Made by a program: the position numbers and the translations under genes. The notes under the pieces are model-generated. The model had not been told where the DNA came from. It did no database searches and saw only the letters and a program-made list of their open reading frames with translations. From Utricularia gibba (Eukaryota > Plantae > Magnoliophyta), in contig NEEC01000018.1 in NCBI GenBank assembly GCA_002189035.1, positions 1,054,001 to 1,118,000 of the forward strand: DNA of 64,000 nt. The letters run 5' to 3'. Shown one piece after another: positions 38,415 through 51,098 of the stretch (position 1 is the stretch's first letter; each line of letters opens with the position of its first letter).

Positions 38415-39348
38415 ATCACACAACACAATTATTGTTGAATCAAATACAATCTATATCGAGTTACTAATTAATATTTTTTTAGCTTTTTTAACCATATGCT
38501 AAAATATAACAACTAAGATAGAAAGTGATGGGAAAACCATTGATGAAAAGGTTATAACTCAAATTTTAATGTATTCTCACTTTCGCTCCTAAAAAACTCC
38601 AAAATCAGGTTATAGTTTGTATGACTTAATCAACTAATTCTATGTAATTCATAAATAGAAGTAATTATACAAGTTGATGCAAAATAAGTAGAAACAATAT
38701 ATTTAAAATTAAGCAACTTACTTATGAAATAAGTTACATTTTCTTAACTTATATAATAAGTAAGTGAAATAATTAAATTAAAATAATTTAAAGATAAATA
38801 GAATTACTTTTATTTTTACTTTAAGTTATAAGTTGTAAAATAAGTCACATGGATTATATAGACTTGGTTTTTTTAAATTGGGCTAATTGTAACGAAAGGT
38901 GAGCTAAGCCCAAATTTGTGTCAGCTTTTCGCCTCCAGCTAAGTGAAGCCCATTCAGGTTATCGTAGTGACCCAATAAGAGGGGGAAGGGAATCATCATC
39001 TCTTCACTCCTTGGCGTTCGGACCTCGAGAATCTGGTGTCGCCGCCGCTGCATCCGAAGGTACGCCGGTGGTCCTGTACCTTCAAGGATTAGTGAGTAAC
39101 CTTGTTAGAAGATTGAAATTTTCTTTACTGTACCGTCTTCAATGATTCACTTGTTTTTCTTTGCGATAAGGGTTTCGTCTTGTTGCCATATCGTACGCGA
39201 TTAGGTTTGGGGTATTCTCGGTCTGCATCTTACATTGTCGAATCATGGATCGGATGCCTTTGAATTCGCATTGTTTCATTGCGCGAAACCTTCAGAAGTT
39301 TCAACGTTGAATTTTGTGTTTCTTGTTTCGTTTCAAGGGGAGAGAGAA

Positions 39349-39705
39349 ATGGTCGTTCCACCGCCAGTGAGACCTGAAAGAGTAACCAAGTTTCTGAAGC
39401 CGTACGTTTTGAGGATGCACTTCACCAATAAGTTCGTCCATGCCCAAGTGATCCACACGCCATCCGCAACCGTGGCCTCAGCCGCCAGCTCACAGGAGAA
39501 AGCGCTGCGGTTAAGCATGGACAAAGAGAAAGAAAGCACAAGAGATGTTGCTGCTGCTGCTAAAATCGGTAAGATCCTCGCCGAGCGCCTGCTGCAACGA
39601 AACATACCTGCAGTTTCGGTTTTCTTTAAGAAGGAGCAGAGGTATCACGGCAAGGTTAGAGCTGTGATAGATTCACTGAGAGATGCAGGTGTCAAATTGT
39701 TGTAG
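39349..39705 (+). CDS. RPL18: Mitochondrial ribosomal protein uL18 family, 118 aa, single coding exon after a 5'-UTR intron
   Basis: MVVPPPVRPERVTKFLKPYVLRMHFTNKFVHAQVIHTPSATVASAASSQEKALR...AAKIGKILAERLL...YHGKVRAVIDSLRDAGVKLL*. Site II motifs at about 38878-38953. Confidence 0.92.
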   Translation: MVVPPPVRPERVTKFLKPYVLRMHFTNKFVHAQVIHTPSATVASAASSQEKALRLSMDKEKESTRDVAAAAKIGKILAERLLQRNIPAVSVFFKKEQRYHGKVRAVIDSLRDAGVKLL

Positions 39706-41265
39706 CCTTGCTCTCCACCTGGCTGCAGGCTGCTGTGAACAAATAAGATGATGTGCTCTTGCATTTGTTGTACATTTGGATTTCTGGGCATCTCCCCTCG
39801 CTCATTGATCATTCTAAAGAACGAAGACATCATACCATGTCTGCGCCATGGTTCTGTGCTCTCTGCTGAACCGCTGCTTGTCATGCCCCAAAAGAACTCA
39901 AACTCCTGATAATGTTGTTGGATATGGTTCTTGTACCTGAAAAGAATGGTCAAGAAGTTGAAGAATTGAAGAACAAGCAACGAGTTAAACAGTCCCTTCA
40001 GTTTCAGCTCAGATAACAGGTCCAGCTCCTTCACCGAAAGCTGTACGCAGAAAAAAGCTTAGACCTTGACAACATCGGATGCACGAAAGCTACTAGTCCG
40101 CATGATGCATCTCTCTGCAGTGGTTTTCCAACCCGAAAATGTTATAGAAATGAACTGCAACATTATCCAAAACGCGTCCAAGTTCTGCATCGTTCACATG
40201 GATATTAGCAGCAGTTCTCAGCTCATTTGTGTATGCTTCCTCTATTCTTCCCTCCATCGAGCGTAGTCTGCAGCAAACAGCCATTCTCCTGCGGTATTTC
40301 ATGGCTCAAAGCTTCAATAGAAGTTACATCTGGGTTCAATAGCAGAAGCCAAACCATTCACACTCCCCCTATTGAGCTGATCCCCAAGCTTGAAATGTTC
40401 ACAAGTTGTATGTTGGTATATTGCAGAAGCCAAAACGTTCACTCCCCCTATTCAGCTGATCCCCATGCTTGAAATGTTCACAAGTTACATGTTGGTATGT
40501 AGCAGCAGCCAACCATTCAAACTCCCCTATTTAGCTGATCCCCCATGCTTGAAATGTTCACAAGTTATATATTGGTATGCAGCAGAACCAAAACATTCAC
40601 ACTCCCCTCTAATCAGCTGATCCCCCATGTTTGAAACGTAGGCCTACAACACAAAATGCCAAGTTCAGTTTGAGCTGAAGATTTAATGAGAGAGACACAT
40701 AGTTATTTTCTTTTAACCAGAATACCACAATTGTTATTTTCCTCTTCTAACAATTTCAGAGTTACCTGAGAGCAAACTATCATGCAAGTTGACTAAAGTC
40801 TACTGTTTTATATTAATTCTAAAGATAATGCCAGTGTGCATATCTTGAACTGCAAAAAGCCAATCCGCCACTTCATCCATCTCTGTCATAAAACCCCAGT
40901 AATAGAACCACAAGCAAATCAAGTAAGGTCACCGATCCCCATCCAGACGTGCGCCTCAATAATTGGTGGTTTGGTACGAGCAAGCTAGCTGGCTTTCGAA
41001 GTTGCCCGGATGGGATGGGGCTATCCCATCTATGCTATGCATGTGTCTCAAACCGGGCGGTTCATCAGAAGGGTCCCTTCCTTCCATCAGCACTTAGCTT
41101 ATCCACGTCCTGATTCCTGAAGGCGATGCGCCACTCCCCATCCCCAGCATTAAAGATCCCCATCATGCTGCCCCTTCTCAAATGATTGACTGCCCTGCCC
41201 TGCCCACCGCTCTCTAAAACAAGCAACTCGCAGCACTCCACGCCCATGCCGCCGCTCCTGCTCAT
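39645..41265 (-). other. Unassigned spliced minus-strand locus, possibly a frameshifted gene, overlapping the uL18 3' end
   Basis: Pyrimidine-rich acceptors before 40267 and 39936 and a donor AG|GTCTAA at 40064 define a 128-nt intron. Coding-like blocks 40065-40267 and 39645-39936, plus a 66-aa ORF at 41065-41265. No family was recognised. Confidence 0.3.
40320..40639. repeat. Minisatellite, about 80-bp unit, about 4 diverged copies
   Basis: Units start at 40342, 40423, 40502 and 40582, with shared core ctcccc.at..agctgatcccc..gcttgaaatgttcacaagtt. Confidence 0.9.
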
Positions 41266-44167
41266 TTAGAATTCAATAAACACGAAAAAATAGCACTCAA
41301 AAGTCATCCCAAATTGTTTTGTTGGTTGTGTTTGGCAGTTGATATAAACAGAGATATATCAAGTATTGAGATACATAATATGTGTTTGGTAATCAATATA
41401 AGTTTTTTTCGGTAAATTTTTTTCTTTATTATCCGTGTATATTTATCCCACATGTTATCATTCTTTAATTATTATGGTATTATGGATAAATTTATACCAA
41501 GATAATACATACCATTATAAATTTAGCTAGCTATCAAACATGATCTAAGTGTAAGGCCAAACCTTGTTGACAGTATACCAACTAATAAGAAATGAGATGT
41601 GGTTAAATATAAGTATCATTTGAATCTTGTATTACTTTTTTTCTTTGAAATAGAATAACCTAAAATCATAAATATTAGTTATTTGAAACACATAATATAA
41701 GTGTAGGTCATGACATGACATTATATTTAAAATATATAATTACTATTTACGATACAGATATTATTTTATTTTCAAGCTATGTGGTGTTTTTTTTTTGTCA
41801 ACTATAGCCGATGAGCTAAAAATGGAGCCCTTCTGAATCATTTGCGCACGCCAAGGACAAAATAGTCATCAAAGCATTCATATAATTGCTCCCTTTGTCT
41901 CCTAATCACTGAGATTTAGTCTAAACACCCACTAATCATCATGTGTATTTAATTTATTAGGGGAGGGTGTTAGTTGCGGATGCTTTTGTGATGGGAAAAT
42001 AAAACAATTTCGTGTGTTTCTTTTTTCTTAATAAAAAAATAAAAAGAATAGAGTAGACGTGACATTGGAATTGGGAGCATGATGCCTCTGCCGACGCAGA
42101 AATGGATTGAGGTGGAAGAGTTGAAGAAGGTGGGGCTGGGCACGTGCACCGCCGCGCCCGTGCGGAGTCAATAGATATGGAAGAAATTGGAAGCTCACCG
42201 AACTGGGTCCCCAAAAACGAATAAATTATATTTTGTAAGATTGATATGCATACATTACGTGTTACATCTCTATTAATAAAATTAATCCTCAAAATTTGAC
42301 ATAACGAATATAATTAATTATCAAAGTTTTATATTTTTTTAGATTCTTTTAGTCTTCTACATTTAGAATACCGAACATAATTAGTCTTCCACCATTTAAA
42401 AATAAGGACTCATTGGATACTGTATAAAATGGTGTTAAATAACACATTGATTTTTGGTTTTTGAGGATAGACATTTAAGATGTCTTCTGGATAATTTTTT
42501 AGTGTTATTTTGATCGAAAATAAAATTACATAGAATACTTCATATTTTTATTTTTGTTTTTGATAAAAAATAATTTTTAAGTATAATTAAAAATGAGTAA
42601 TAAGTATAAATTATAAAACAGTTATTTTTATTTCTCATTTCTATTTTTTTAAAATTCCCAAAAATATTCAGGTTTCTACAATTTTTCCAAAAGAAGTTAA
42701 TAGTTATTTCTATTTCTACTTATTCAAAAAATGCCTATTTCTATTTTTCCAAAATTAAAAATATGGTACAAAAGAATAATACCATCCTTTTATCACAAAG
42801 ATTTTTTTTCAATAATCAATTATATTTCCTTTTTTTATTTTTGATTTTCAATTTTCATGCAAATTCTCTTTAATATTGAAAAATAATTTATGAAAATATG
42901 ATTTATCAACAAAAATTATATAAAATAAATATTTTAACAATATTATATAAAAATTTAATTATTTGTATGAAACATATGATAAACAAACTCATGTTTTTTT
43001 TGTATATCATTAAATTTTTATTAAATTAAAGTATTGTATCAAAGGAACCAGTCCACGGATAAATAAGTGGTACCATGGTCTATAACATGATTGCATGTAT
43101 GTTACATAGTTGTTGGCACACTGTCCCGGTCACTTTACAGTAAGGGGCGGTGCTGTTACATCCATCCACCGCTAGGCTGGAGGTTGAGATTGCAATTAGA
43201 ATAGAAAACAGGGACCGCTCTGCAAAATGTGTATGACCCAGGGACCGATGCCACCGTTTTGGTTGTGTCCACAGTAGAGGAAAAGAAACACCGCGAGGAG
43301 TTTATTACAAAAGTGATGTACGGAGGAAGCAATGATGCCGACAAAGTACCCAAGGCGTCTCAGGCAAAGCTAACAGCAACCCCTTGTCTAGAAGTGCACT
43401 ACTTTTAAAATTTCTATTTCATATATTAAAATACAAATTTTATATTAATCATTTTTTTCACAAATATATCATCATATATCCAAATTTCTAAATACACATT
43501 TTACAGTGGGTGAAAAGGGAAAGCGTTGAAACTAGTGGGTGGTCACCGGAATATACGAAACCTCACCGCTTCCCCTCGTCTTATAAATATTATTATTATT
43601 TCCTTTTTTAATATTTATCTTGGACTCTGAATTTTCGATGTAATTAAATGTTTGGGGCGTGTTTGATAAGGAATAATTGTAAGAATTTGACAAAACAATT
43701 AATGAAATGTTTTGTTTTATATGAAGGTTTGGATTTAGGGAGTATTATTTATTGGAGATAAAGTTGAGATTTGGTGATCTCATTCTCTTGGGAATAAAAA
43801 TAATTTGTTTTCTACATTTTTAGTAAAATATTTAAATTCTATTCCAACTAATTAATTTATAGTCAAATATATTATTTGAAAATTAAATTGTACCTCATTC
43901 AAATTCTAAATTATTAAAAATTAAAAGTTCTCTGATTGTAGTTCATTTTATTTTTGTAAAAAAATTGTTTCCCAGCAATCCTTTCACGCTGCATTAGTCT
44001 CTCTCTTCGAGGGAGTTCCAGGCTGGCAACATCTACGAATCACTGCACTTCACGCGCCCAGTTGATGTTGATTCTCCCTCCTACGCAGGCTACAGCTGTC
44101 CTTCCTCGTATAAATAACCGCCTTCCGCTGCTCGTTTCTGTATCCTCAAAAGCTTCTAAGATTATCC

Positions 44168-45064
44168 ATGGCGGCGAATGTTTCTTCGTGCTTTCTGCTT
44201 CTACTTCTCTGCGGTTCTTCTTACGTTTCCATGGCGGTTCTTGTTCAGGAACAGCCTCTTGTTCTCAAATATCACAACGGCTTTCTGTTGAAAGGCATCG
44301 TCACCGTGAATCTCATCTGGTACGGCAACTTCACACCCGCTCAGCGCTCCGTAATCATCGATTTCCTTGATTCTCTCGGATCAGGAAACACGGCGAGTCC
44401 CTCCGCCGCCTCGTGGTGGAGGACGACGGAGAAGTACCAGGCAGGCGCCGCCGGACCCAGCCTCCGCGTCGGTAGACAATATATCGACGAGAATTACTCT
44501 TTCGGAAGAGCGCTCAATACCTCGAATCTGGTTTACCTCGCCGCTAGAGGCGGACATGGAATCGGGGCCGTGAACGTCGTTTTGACGGCGAAGGACGTGG
44601 CCGTCGACGGGTTCTGTATGAACCGGTGCGGCTCCCACGGCTCGACGCGTGGACCGGCGAGATTCGCATACGCGTGGGTCGGCAACTCGGAGACGCAGTG
44701 TCCAGGGTACTGCGCGTGGCCGTTTCATCAGCCGATTTACGGCCCCCAGACGCCGCCACTCGTAGCACCCAACGGCGACGTCGGAGTAGACGGTATGGTG
44801 ATCAATCTCGCCGCCGTACTTGCCGGAACGGTGACCAATCCATACAACAACGGTTACTTCCAGGGGCCACCGACTGCTCCCCTAGAGGCAGTGACCGCGT
44901 GCCCCGGCGTGTTCGGGTCGGGTGCGTACCCGGGCTACCCCGGTAACGTTCTCGTTGATAAAACCACCGGCGCCAGCTTCAATGCGAACGGCGTTAATGG
45001 AAGACGGTTCCTTCTCCCGGCGATGTGGGACCCGCAGACCTCCAAATGCACCACTCTCGTTTGA
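44168..45064 (+). CDS. EXL2: EXORDIUM-like / PHI-1 family secreted protein (EXL2-like), intronless, 298 aa
   Basis: Signal peptide, LKYHNGFLLKG, WWRTTEKY, FCMNRCGSHG, GNSETQCPGYCAWPFHQPIYGPQ, NGDVGVDGMVINLA and LLPAMWDPQTSKCTTLV. TATAAAT at about 44109. Confidence 0.93.
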   Translation: MAANVSSCFLLLLLCGSSYVSMAVLVQEQPLVLKYHNGFLLKGIVTVNLIWYGNFTPAQRSVIIDFLDSLGSGNTASPSAASWWRTTEKYQAGAAGPSLRVGRQYIDENYSFGRALNTSNLVYLAARGGHGIGAVNVVLTAKDVAVDGFCMNRCGSHGSTRGPARFAYAWVGNSETQCPGYCAWPFHQPIYGPQTPPLVAPNGDVGVDGMVINLAAVLAGTVTNPYNNGYFQGPPTAPLEAVTACPGVFGSGAYPGYPGNVLVDKTTGASFNANGVNGRRFLLPAMWDPQTSKCTTLV

Positions 45065-46910
45065 CACAGGCGCAGTAAAAGAAGGATCACGGGATGACGA
45101 CGACTTGGGTAGGGCCGGGTGCAGCAAGCAACGCTCTTAGTTTCAGCCCCTCTCGTATATTTATTTAATATTTTTTTAAAAAAATGCGAAATATATAATT
45201 GCATAATCGATTATTTAAAAAAAGAAAAGCAAAAAAATCCCTCTCAAAACCTTTTCCCCCCTTACGGTGCTCCATACCCCTATGAAATCGAGGAGTAATT
45301 ATCCGCTGCGGCACGCGTCAGGACATGGAGGATGGGGATGGTCCGAATGGATGGTTATTTTTCAAAATGAGAATGGGGATAGGAATTTGGACAGTGACTC
45401 CACGTCTCCTTGTCTTATTCTCATAGACAAAAGAGGCAACTGAATCGGCTTCATTTTAATGAGTTTCCTAAATTGCTATTATTATACAAAAATCATACAA
45501 CCGCAAATAAATCAGGTGCATTGAGACCATGAATACTATTCCATTGCTCCTCAAGATGGCAACCTTAATCCATGTCAATTTATCAGATTAAATGCCTGTT
45601 CGGTTCTGCTTCTACAAAGATAAAGGTATTTATAATAAAATAAAAATCAGAGATCCATAACTTTTTTAAAAATAAAAGGTTTCTATGTTTTTTTTTTTTG
45701 AATAACAAAATTATTTATGTGGCATTTTTTTAGAAAAAAAAAATCTTTAGAACACAGGGCTGTTATGTTTTATGATTTTGATTTAGATTATGTAGAATAG
45801 AATCAATTCAAGATTTTATTTCATATTGTAAAACTGTTCTATGTCATAATATAAAATTAAATTATTATATTTTAATAAATTAAATTATATATTTTAAAAT
45901 TTGATAAATTAAATTATCCTATAGTTTGAAACAAATAAAAATATAATTGTATAATTTTTTAAGTAATCTTTTATTTAATCAATTAAATAATTTTTAAAGG
46001 TAATTATAGAATCTAAATTTTTAATTTTTTCACAAAAAAATAACATTGAAATATGTAAAAATAAAACACAATCAATTCAAAATATTTTGTTCTTTCCTAT
46101 TCCGACGACTTGACTTGGGTTGCCAAGTTAGTACAGCCGGCTTTATATGTTTTTCCGTTGGTGTTAGATTGGGCTTTGAAGCGATATTGAGAGGGCCCAA
46201 CCCGAAAGCCCATTCTAGTAGGTTTTTCTTTCGGATATGAACCCGACCGGTTCAGCCCAATCATTACATCGGACTATTTAATTTATTATTATGTTGACCT
46301 AAAAAAAACTCTCTGTTTTTTCACCTCCTCAGAGTGGGTTTGGTTAGTTACCGGTTTTGAGAGTTTTTAAATGTGAAAAAAGCTGATCCGGTCGGGGTCC
46401 CCTCTGAGAGCCACGCCTCCAAACACTTTTTTACACATTAAAAAAAACGAAACTGACCTTTGCATCCACACCAAGTCAGTGTTTAAATTAATTTGAATAA
46501 ATAATCAAAATATCTTTATTTGAAAATTAAATAATAAAGTATATAATAAATATTAATGATTATTTTTTAATATGATTCACGTTTCTTATATAAATAGAAT
46601 TCATATGTTTTCATACCGCACATAGAATTGTCTCATTACTTGACTTCCCGTATGGTACAATTGGGAAGATGTTATGTGTTAAGCACTACCCTCCTTGACT
46701 TCACACCTAGTATAGCAAGCAATGTATGTTTCTTTTTTGTTATAATAAGGTGTTCTAAGGTAGCCTCCACACCGGGACCATTTCCGGTGTTGCATGTCTC
46801 TGCTATCACGCGTGGTTTCCTGTAGCATGAATGAATGAATCATTCTGGCACCACCTGCCTCTATAAGTAGAAGCTTCACTGTGCATATCAACGGTAGTCT
46901 GGTTCGTCTG

Positions 46911-47282
46911 ATGGATGCTTCTAGAGTCTTCTGGTGTGCAGTGATTGCGGTTCTGATCGGATTGGCTGCGGCGCACCCGTCCTTCCCGGCTGCTCATCCT
47001 TCCATGCCTCCCAGTTCGACCGATGCTCCGTCTCCTAGTCCTGCTCCTTCCTTGGCTGCTCTGGCTCCGGAGGCTGTAGCTCCTGCGCCTTCTCCTGCTT
47101 CCTCTCCTGAGGCTGTAGCTCCTGTGCCTTCTCCTGATTCGTCTCCGGAGACTACAGCTCCGCCGCCCTCCGGCGGTGCCACTCGCAACGGGATGAGCAG
47201 CGCCGCGTCTGCGGCGGTGGTATGTCTCGTAGCCGCCTATCTGGTTGGTGTGCTCACCGGATCTGCATTTGGCATTTTCTAA
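46911..47282 (+). CDS. Classical arabinogalactan protein with signal peptide and GPI-anchor signal, 123 aa
   Basis: MDASRVFWCAVIAVLIGLAAA signal peptide, AP/SP/PA-rich core with a 13-aa repeat (PEAVAPxPSPxSS x2) and a hydrophobic C-terminus after ...SGGA. Confidence 0.85.
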   Translation: MDASRVFWCAVIAVLIGLAAAHPSFPAAHPSMPPSSTDAPSPSPAPSLAALAPEAVAPAPSPASSPEAVAPVPSPDSSPETTAPPPSGGATRNGMSSAASAAVVCLVAAYLVGVLTGSAFGIF

Positions 47283-48473
47283 TGCTTTTGTGCCCTATAT
47301 GGATTGTTGTGTCATTGTTGATTTACAGATATAAATTCAGTATTTTACTCCTATTAAATTAATTGTTTCAAAAAAAAAAAAACACACGATTTCTTTTCCA
47401 AAGGTACATGTGTGACAATCATCTAGTGACAAATGACGGTTATAATCACCTTTTACGTTGTTTTCATGATTAAATTTGACACATATTTCAAAATATGGAG
47501 ACTAAATATACCATTATAATAATCACTTCAAATTGATATGTCTCACAATATCAAATATGTTAGTTACAATCAGTATAAAAGCTTCTCAAATTTTATTTTT
47601 GTAAACAATTTGCCATCGAACATATGAAATTACATATTTATTCTTTTATGTTACAAAAATTAATCGATTTTGACCACAACACTATTATAGCAGTGCATCC
47701 TATGAGACACAAATGTAAATGTAACATAACCATTATCAATTTGAATGATTTTAGATTCAAACACGATATAACGTTAATGTGAGTATCATTTGATTCACCG
47801 AACTCCAAATGTAAATATGAAAAATATTAGTACGATTCATGATTTTGAATCGATCCAATTTTTACAAATTCTAAAAACTGTTTGGATTGTCATTATACGA
47901 TTTTGACAACTTGATGTGTTTTTTTTTAGAATTTTGAAATTTGAGGATTAAATTATTGAGTGAAATTTGAGGTATTTTTCTTGTAATTTTCTCTATGTTT
48001 TTTATTAGTAGAGAAAAATTATGCATATGTAATAAATAATACATATACAATAATACTTTAATCTTAGGACTAAGTTTACCAAATAAAAAACAATGAGGAT
48101 GACACATATGTGGTATTTAATTGAGATTAAAAATAAAATTTATATGGAGTCAATATTTATGTAATAAGATAAAAAAATTGTCCAATTGTTTGATTAGTGT
48201 GTATTAATTAATCAATTAGTGGATGATTTATCAAATTAATAGGTATTAAAAGTGTGGAATATTATTGTGGAAAATCAATTTGTTGAGTATTTGTTGAGAT
48301 TAAATGCCATTAAAAGAAAAAGGAGAAAAAGCATCAAATTCTAAGGAATCATAATTTTGATTTTATACCTTTCCCCGGCCAGTGTGGAAGTGCTTGACAA
48401 GGAGGGAATAGGTTTCCGCCGCCGTGCTCCGTGGCTCAGAAAAGTCAACTCCGAGTGAAACTAGGCGGCTGTG

Positions 48474-49478
48474 ATGGCCGTTGCTCTTCGGAAGCTTTTC
48501 GATGTTTCCGGGGAGGATTTGAGCGACGCCACGATTCTCTGTACGTCCTATTGTTCCAATTACCGGTTTCAGACCTGCACACAACCTTGTATTTCCTACT
48601 GCCCATCAATCTGCGCCGCGTATTCTCCGGGGCCGGCGCCGTCGCCTTCGGAGCCTGATCTTTTTCCTGCTTTTCCTACGGCCCCGCTTCCCAAAGACAG
48701 GCCCATGTTTTTTGTTACAGTGTCAATATCCGCGCTGGCGGCTGCGTTCGTTTTCTTCACTTTCTTAGCTATTCGTCGATTCTGCAACATGTGGTTCGAT
48801 CGCCGCCGTCGGAGACGCCCGGAAACTAGAGTCCAGCGTTTCTATCCCGATCAATTTGTGGATCGCGATGTAGGGCTGGTTGTGGATCACCCAATTTGGC
48901 ATATCCGAACCGTTGGGTTGCAGCCTTGGATCATCAACAAGATCGCCGTCGTCAGATACAAGAAGGGGGATGCCCTAATTGACGCCACGAATTGCGCAGT
49001 TTGCTTGAGCGAATTCCAAGAAGATGAGTGTTTGAGAGTACTCCCCAAGTGCAATCACCCCTTTCATCTTCCTTGCATCGACACTTGGTTGAGATCACAC
49101 ACAAATTGCCCAGTTTGCAGAGCCGGAATCCCTGAAAATCCAATCCGCTCCCCATCCGGCGACAGATCTCCCCAGTCTCCCGGAGACGATGACCTCTACA
49201 GGGAAAATGAAATGCAGACTGAGGACACTGAGAACAATTCCAGGCGGAGGATCGAAATCCATGCTTCAAACGGATCACCCACAGAACAGAAGATGGATGG
49301 CGGATCCCAAACCGTGGGGAGATCAGTTTCAGTGGGTTCAAAACTTATACACCCAGTTGCAGAAACTATTGAAATGAGCGACAAATGGCTGATAGGAACC
49401 GGTCAACCTTCTTCTTCCTCGTCATCTTCGGTTCAGAGATCATCCTCCTGCAACGCGAACGTGTTTCGGCAACCGTGA
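48474..49478 (+). CDS. ATL-family RING-H2 E3 ubiquitin ligase (ATL54-like), intronless
   Basis: Cys-rich N-terminus, TM helix, basic stretch, [13 protein letters not shown] (GLD-like), and RING-H2 CAVCLSEF...[28 protein letters not shown]. First ATG at 48474. Confidence 0.92.
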   Translation: MAVALRKLFDVSGEDLSDATILCTSYCSNYRFQTCTQPCISYCPSICAAYSPGPAPSPSEPDLFPAFPTAPLPKDRPMFFVTVSISALAAAFVFFTFLAIRRFCNMWFDRRRRRRPETRVQRFYPDQFVDRDVGLVVDHPIWHIRTVGLQPWIINKIAVVRYKKGDALIDATNCAVCLSEFQEDECLRVLPKCNHPFHLPCIDTWLRSHTNCPVCRAGIPENPIRSPSGDRSPQSPGDDDLYRENEMQTEDTENNSRRRIEIHASNGSPTEQKMDGGSQTVGRSVSVGSKLIHPVAETIEMSDKWLIGTGQPSSSSSSSVQRSSSCNANVFRQP

Positions 49479-49923
49479 ACCGGGTTCAGGGTTTCGGCCG
49501 GCGCCGGCTCAAGCCGTACGATTAATAAAAAAAATGGCGGTCTGGGACACGAGTTTTCACGCCACGCGCTACCCTTTTCCCGTATGCTGTGGTGTGCCGC
49601 ACGGAATCTGAGCCCTCTGGCCTCTGAATCATGACACAACGTGACTATACATCTAAACAAATAAATATATATATATATATATAAATACAGCTAGCCGTCC
49701 GATCGACAAGGACAACTGGACAAGTGTCCTCACACTCCCCACTCGAAGTTCTTGAAATCACTATTATTATTAAAAAAAAACAGAAAACAGTTGGTAGATG
49801 TCTCTTTCTTTTTTTGTACTAGACGCTGTAATTTAATGTTGTCATCATGCTTTACGCGTGTTTGCCACAAAATTATGAATTACAAAAGTGGACATGTATC
49901 ATATAGTGTATTAAAAAAATGTT

Positions 49924-49926
<3 letters not shown>

Positions 49927-49982
<56 letters not shown>
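49927..49982. repeat. (TA)28 microsatellite
   Basis: Uninterrupted TA run. A shorter (AT)9 lies at about 49665-49682. Confidence 0.95.
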
Positions 49983-49987
<5 letters not shown>

Positions 49988-51098
49988 CAGTGCATAAAAG
50001 ATAAATTTCGCTTGTAAGTTAAATGTATTTGTCAAAAAAATTTGATTTATTTATTTTAAAATTAAATGAAATGGGTAGATTTCGAATTATTTAATTGTAT
50101 GTAAATGTGTAGATTGTAATTTTAAAATGAAACACCCATAACAAATCTAAAATCATTTTATTGGTTTGAAATAAAATTTATCAATAAACAATTACCTTAC
50201 ATAAAACACGTGTCAAAAGCACACATATTACATGCATTTTTTAAGATTTTAATGACAGTAAACCTTAATGTTTTATGACATGTGCTAAACGTGACGCAAT
50301 TTTATAAGAATGGGCGGTAGAAGTCCCTCACTATGGTCTACGTAGAAGGCTCTCTTACCTTGAATTATTCCAGGCACCTTATCATCCACGATACGCATTT
50401 GGTTCTTCTCCCCCACAAAGTGTCAAGGAATCAAGGTGTGAAATAATGATATCTTTGTATTAATTTGAACAAAAAAATGATAAGAATGATTTGCATTGGG
50501 TTTCTTCTTCTATTCCTTTGTCGTTTTAGTTATGTGCTTCGTTTTAAGAAACGAGAGCCGATAAATCCATTGAAAGAGGGAGAGAGTTGATATATTGAGA
50601 ATAGGAATTAAATTTGGTTTTGAATTTCTGGAGACAAAATAATTTTGCAGGTGGAGGAAGAAGGGAGGGCAGGCAGGCAGGCATTGCTGTGTTTGGTTTT
50701 CTCATCTTTGCCCTCTAGTCATGTCAACTCAAGCCTTCACACAATCACATCCTACCTGTGTACTAAACCCTATCCATACCGGCAGCACCAGCTGCTGCTG
50801 CTGCTTGCTTTGCTTTGCTTTCCTATCCACCACCATTTAAAGGAACCTCGGTCTCACGCTCTTCCTCCTCTTCTCCGCTTAAAGCATTTCATTCCCTTCT
50901 CTCTCTCTGTCTATCTCTAGGGCTCCTTGGAACTTTTTCCTCTCTTCGTTCAGGTGATTTGATCTTATCTCTTCCCTGATTTAGCTAAACCGGCTGCTGC
51001 CCTCTCCTGATGATCATCATTTTTCTTCTGGGAAAGATGATAGCAAAAAGGGGTCTGGTTTTATTGGGGTTTGTTTGCTTGTTTTCTGTTTAGGTAGA

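Noticed and set aside
40320-40639. 80-bp repeat array as a CRISPR-like array
   Set aside because: Eukaryotic context; whole units are similar end to end, with no unique spacers and no cas genes.
40065-41265. Possible CBP60/SARD1 identity for the unassigned minus-strand locus
   Set aside because: Only vague resemblance (ELLVLE, RIEEA). Hallmark motifs such as DNSSW and KKHxPP are absent.
41324-41548. Tourist-like MITE (tgtgtttgg...tcaaacat)
   Set aside because: The TIRs are too degenerate and there is no matching TAA/TTA duplication at both ends.
42138-42148. Partial match to miR164 (GGGCACGTGCA)
   Set aside because: Only 11 nt match and no precursor hairpin is visible.
44367-45204. Several overlapping ORFs across EXL2
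   Set aside because: Shadows of a GC-rich intronless gene.
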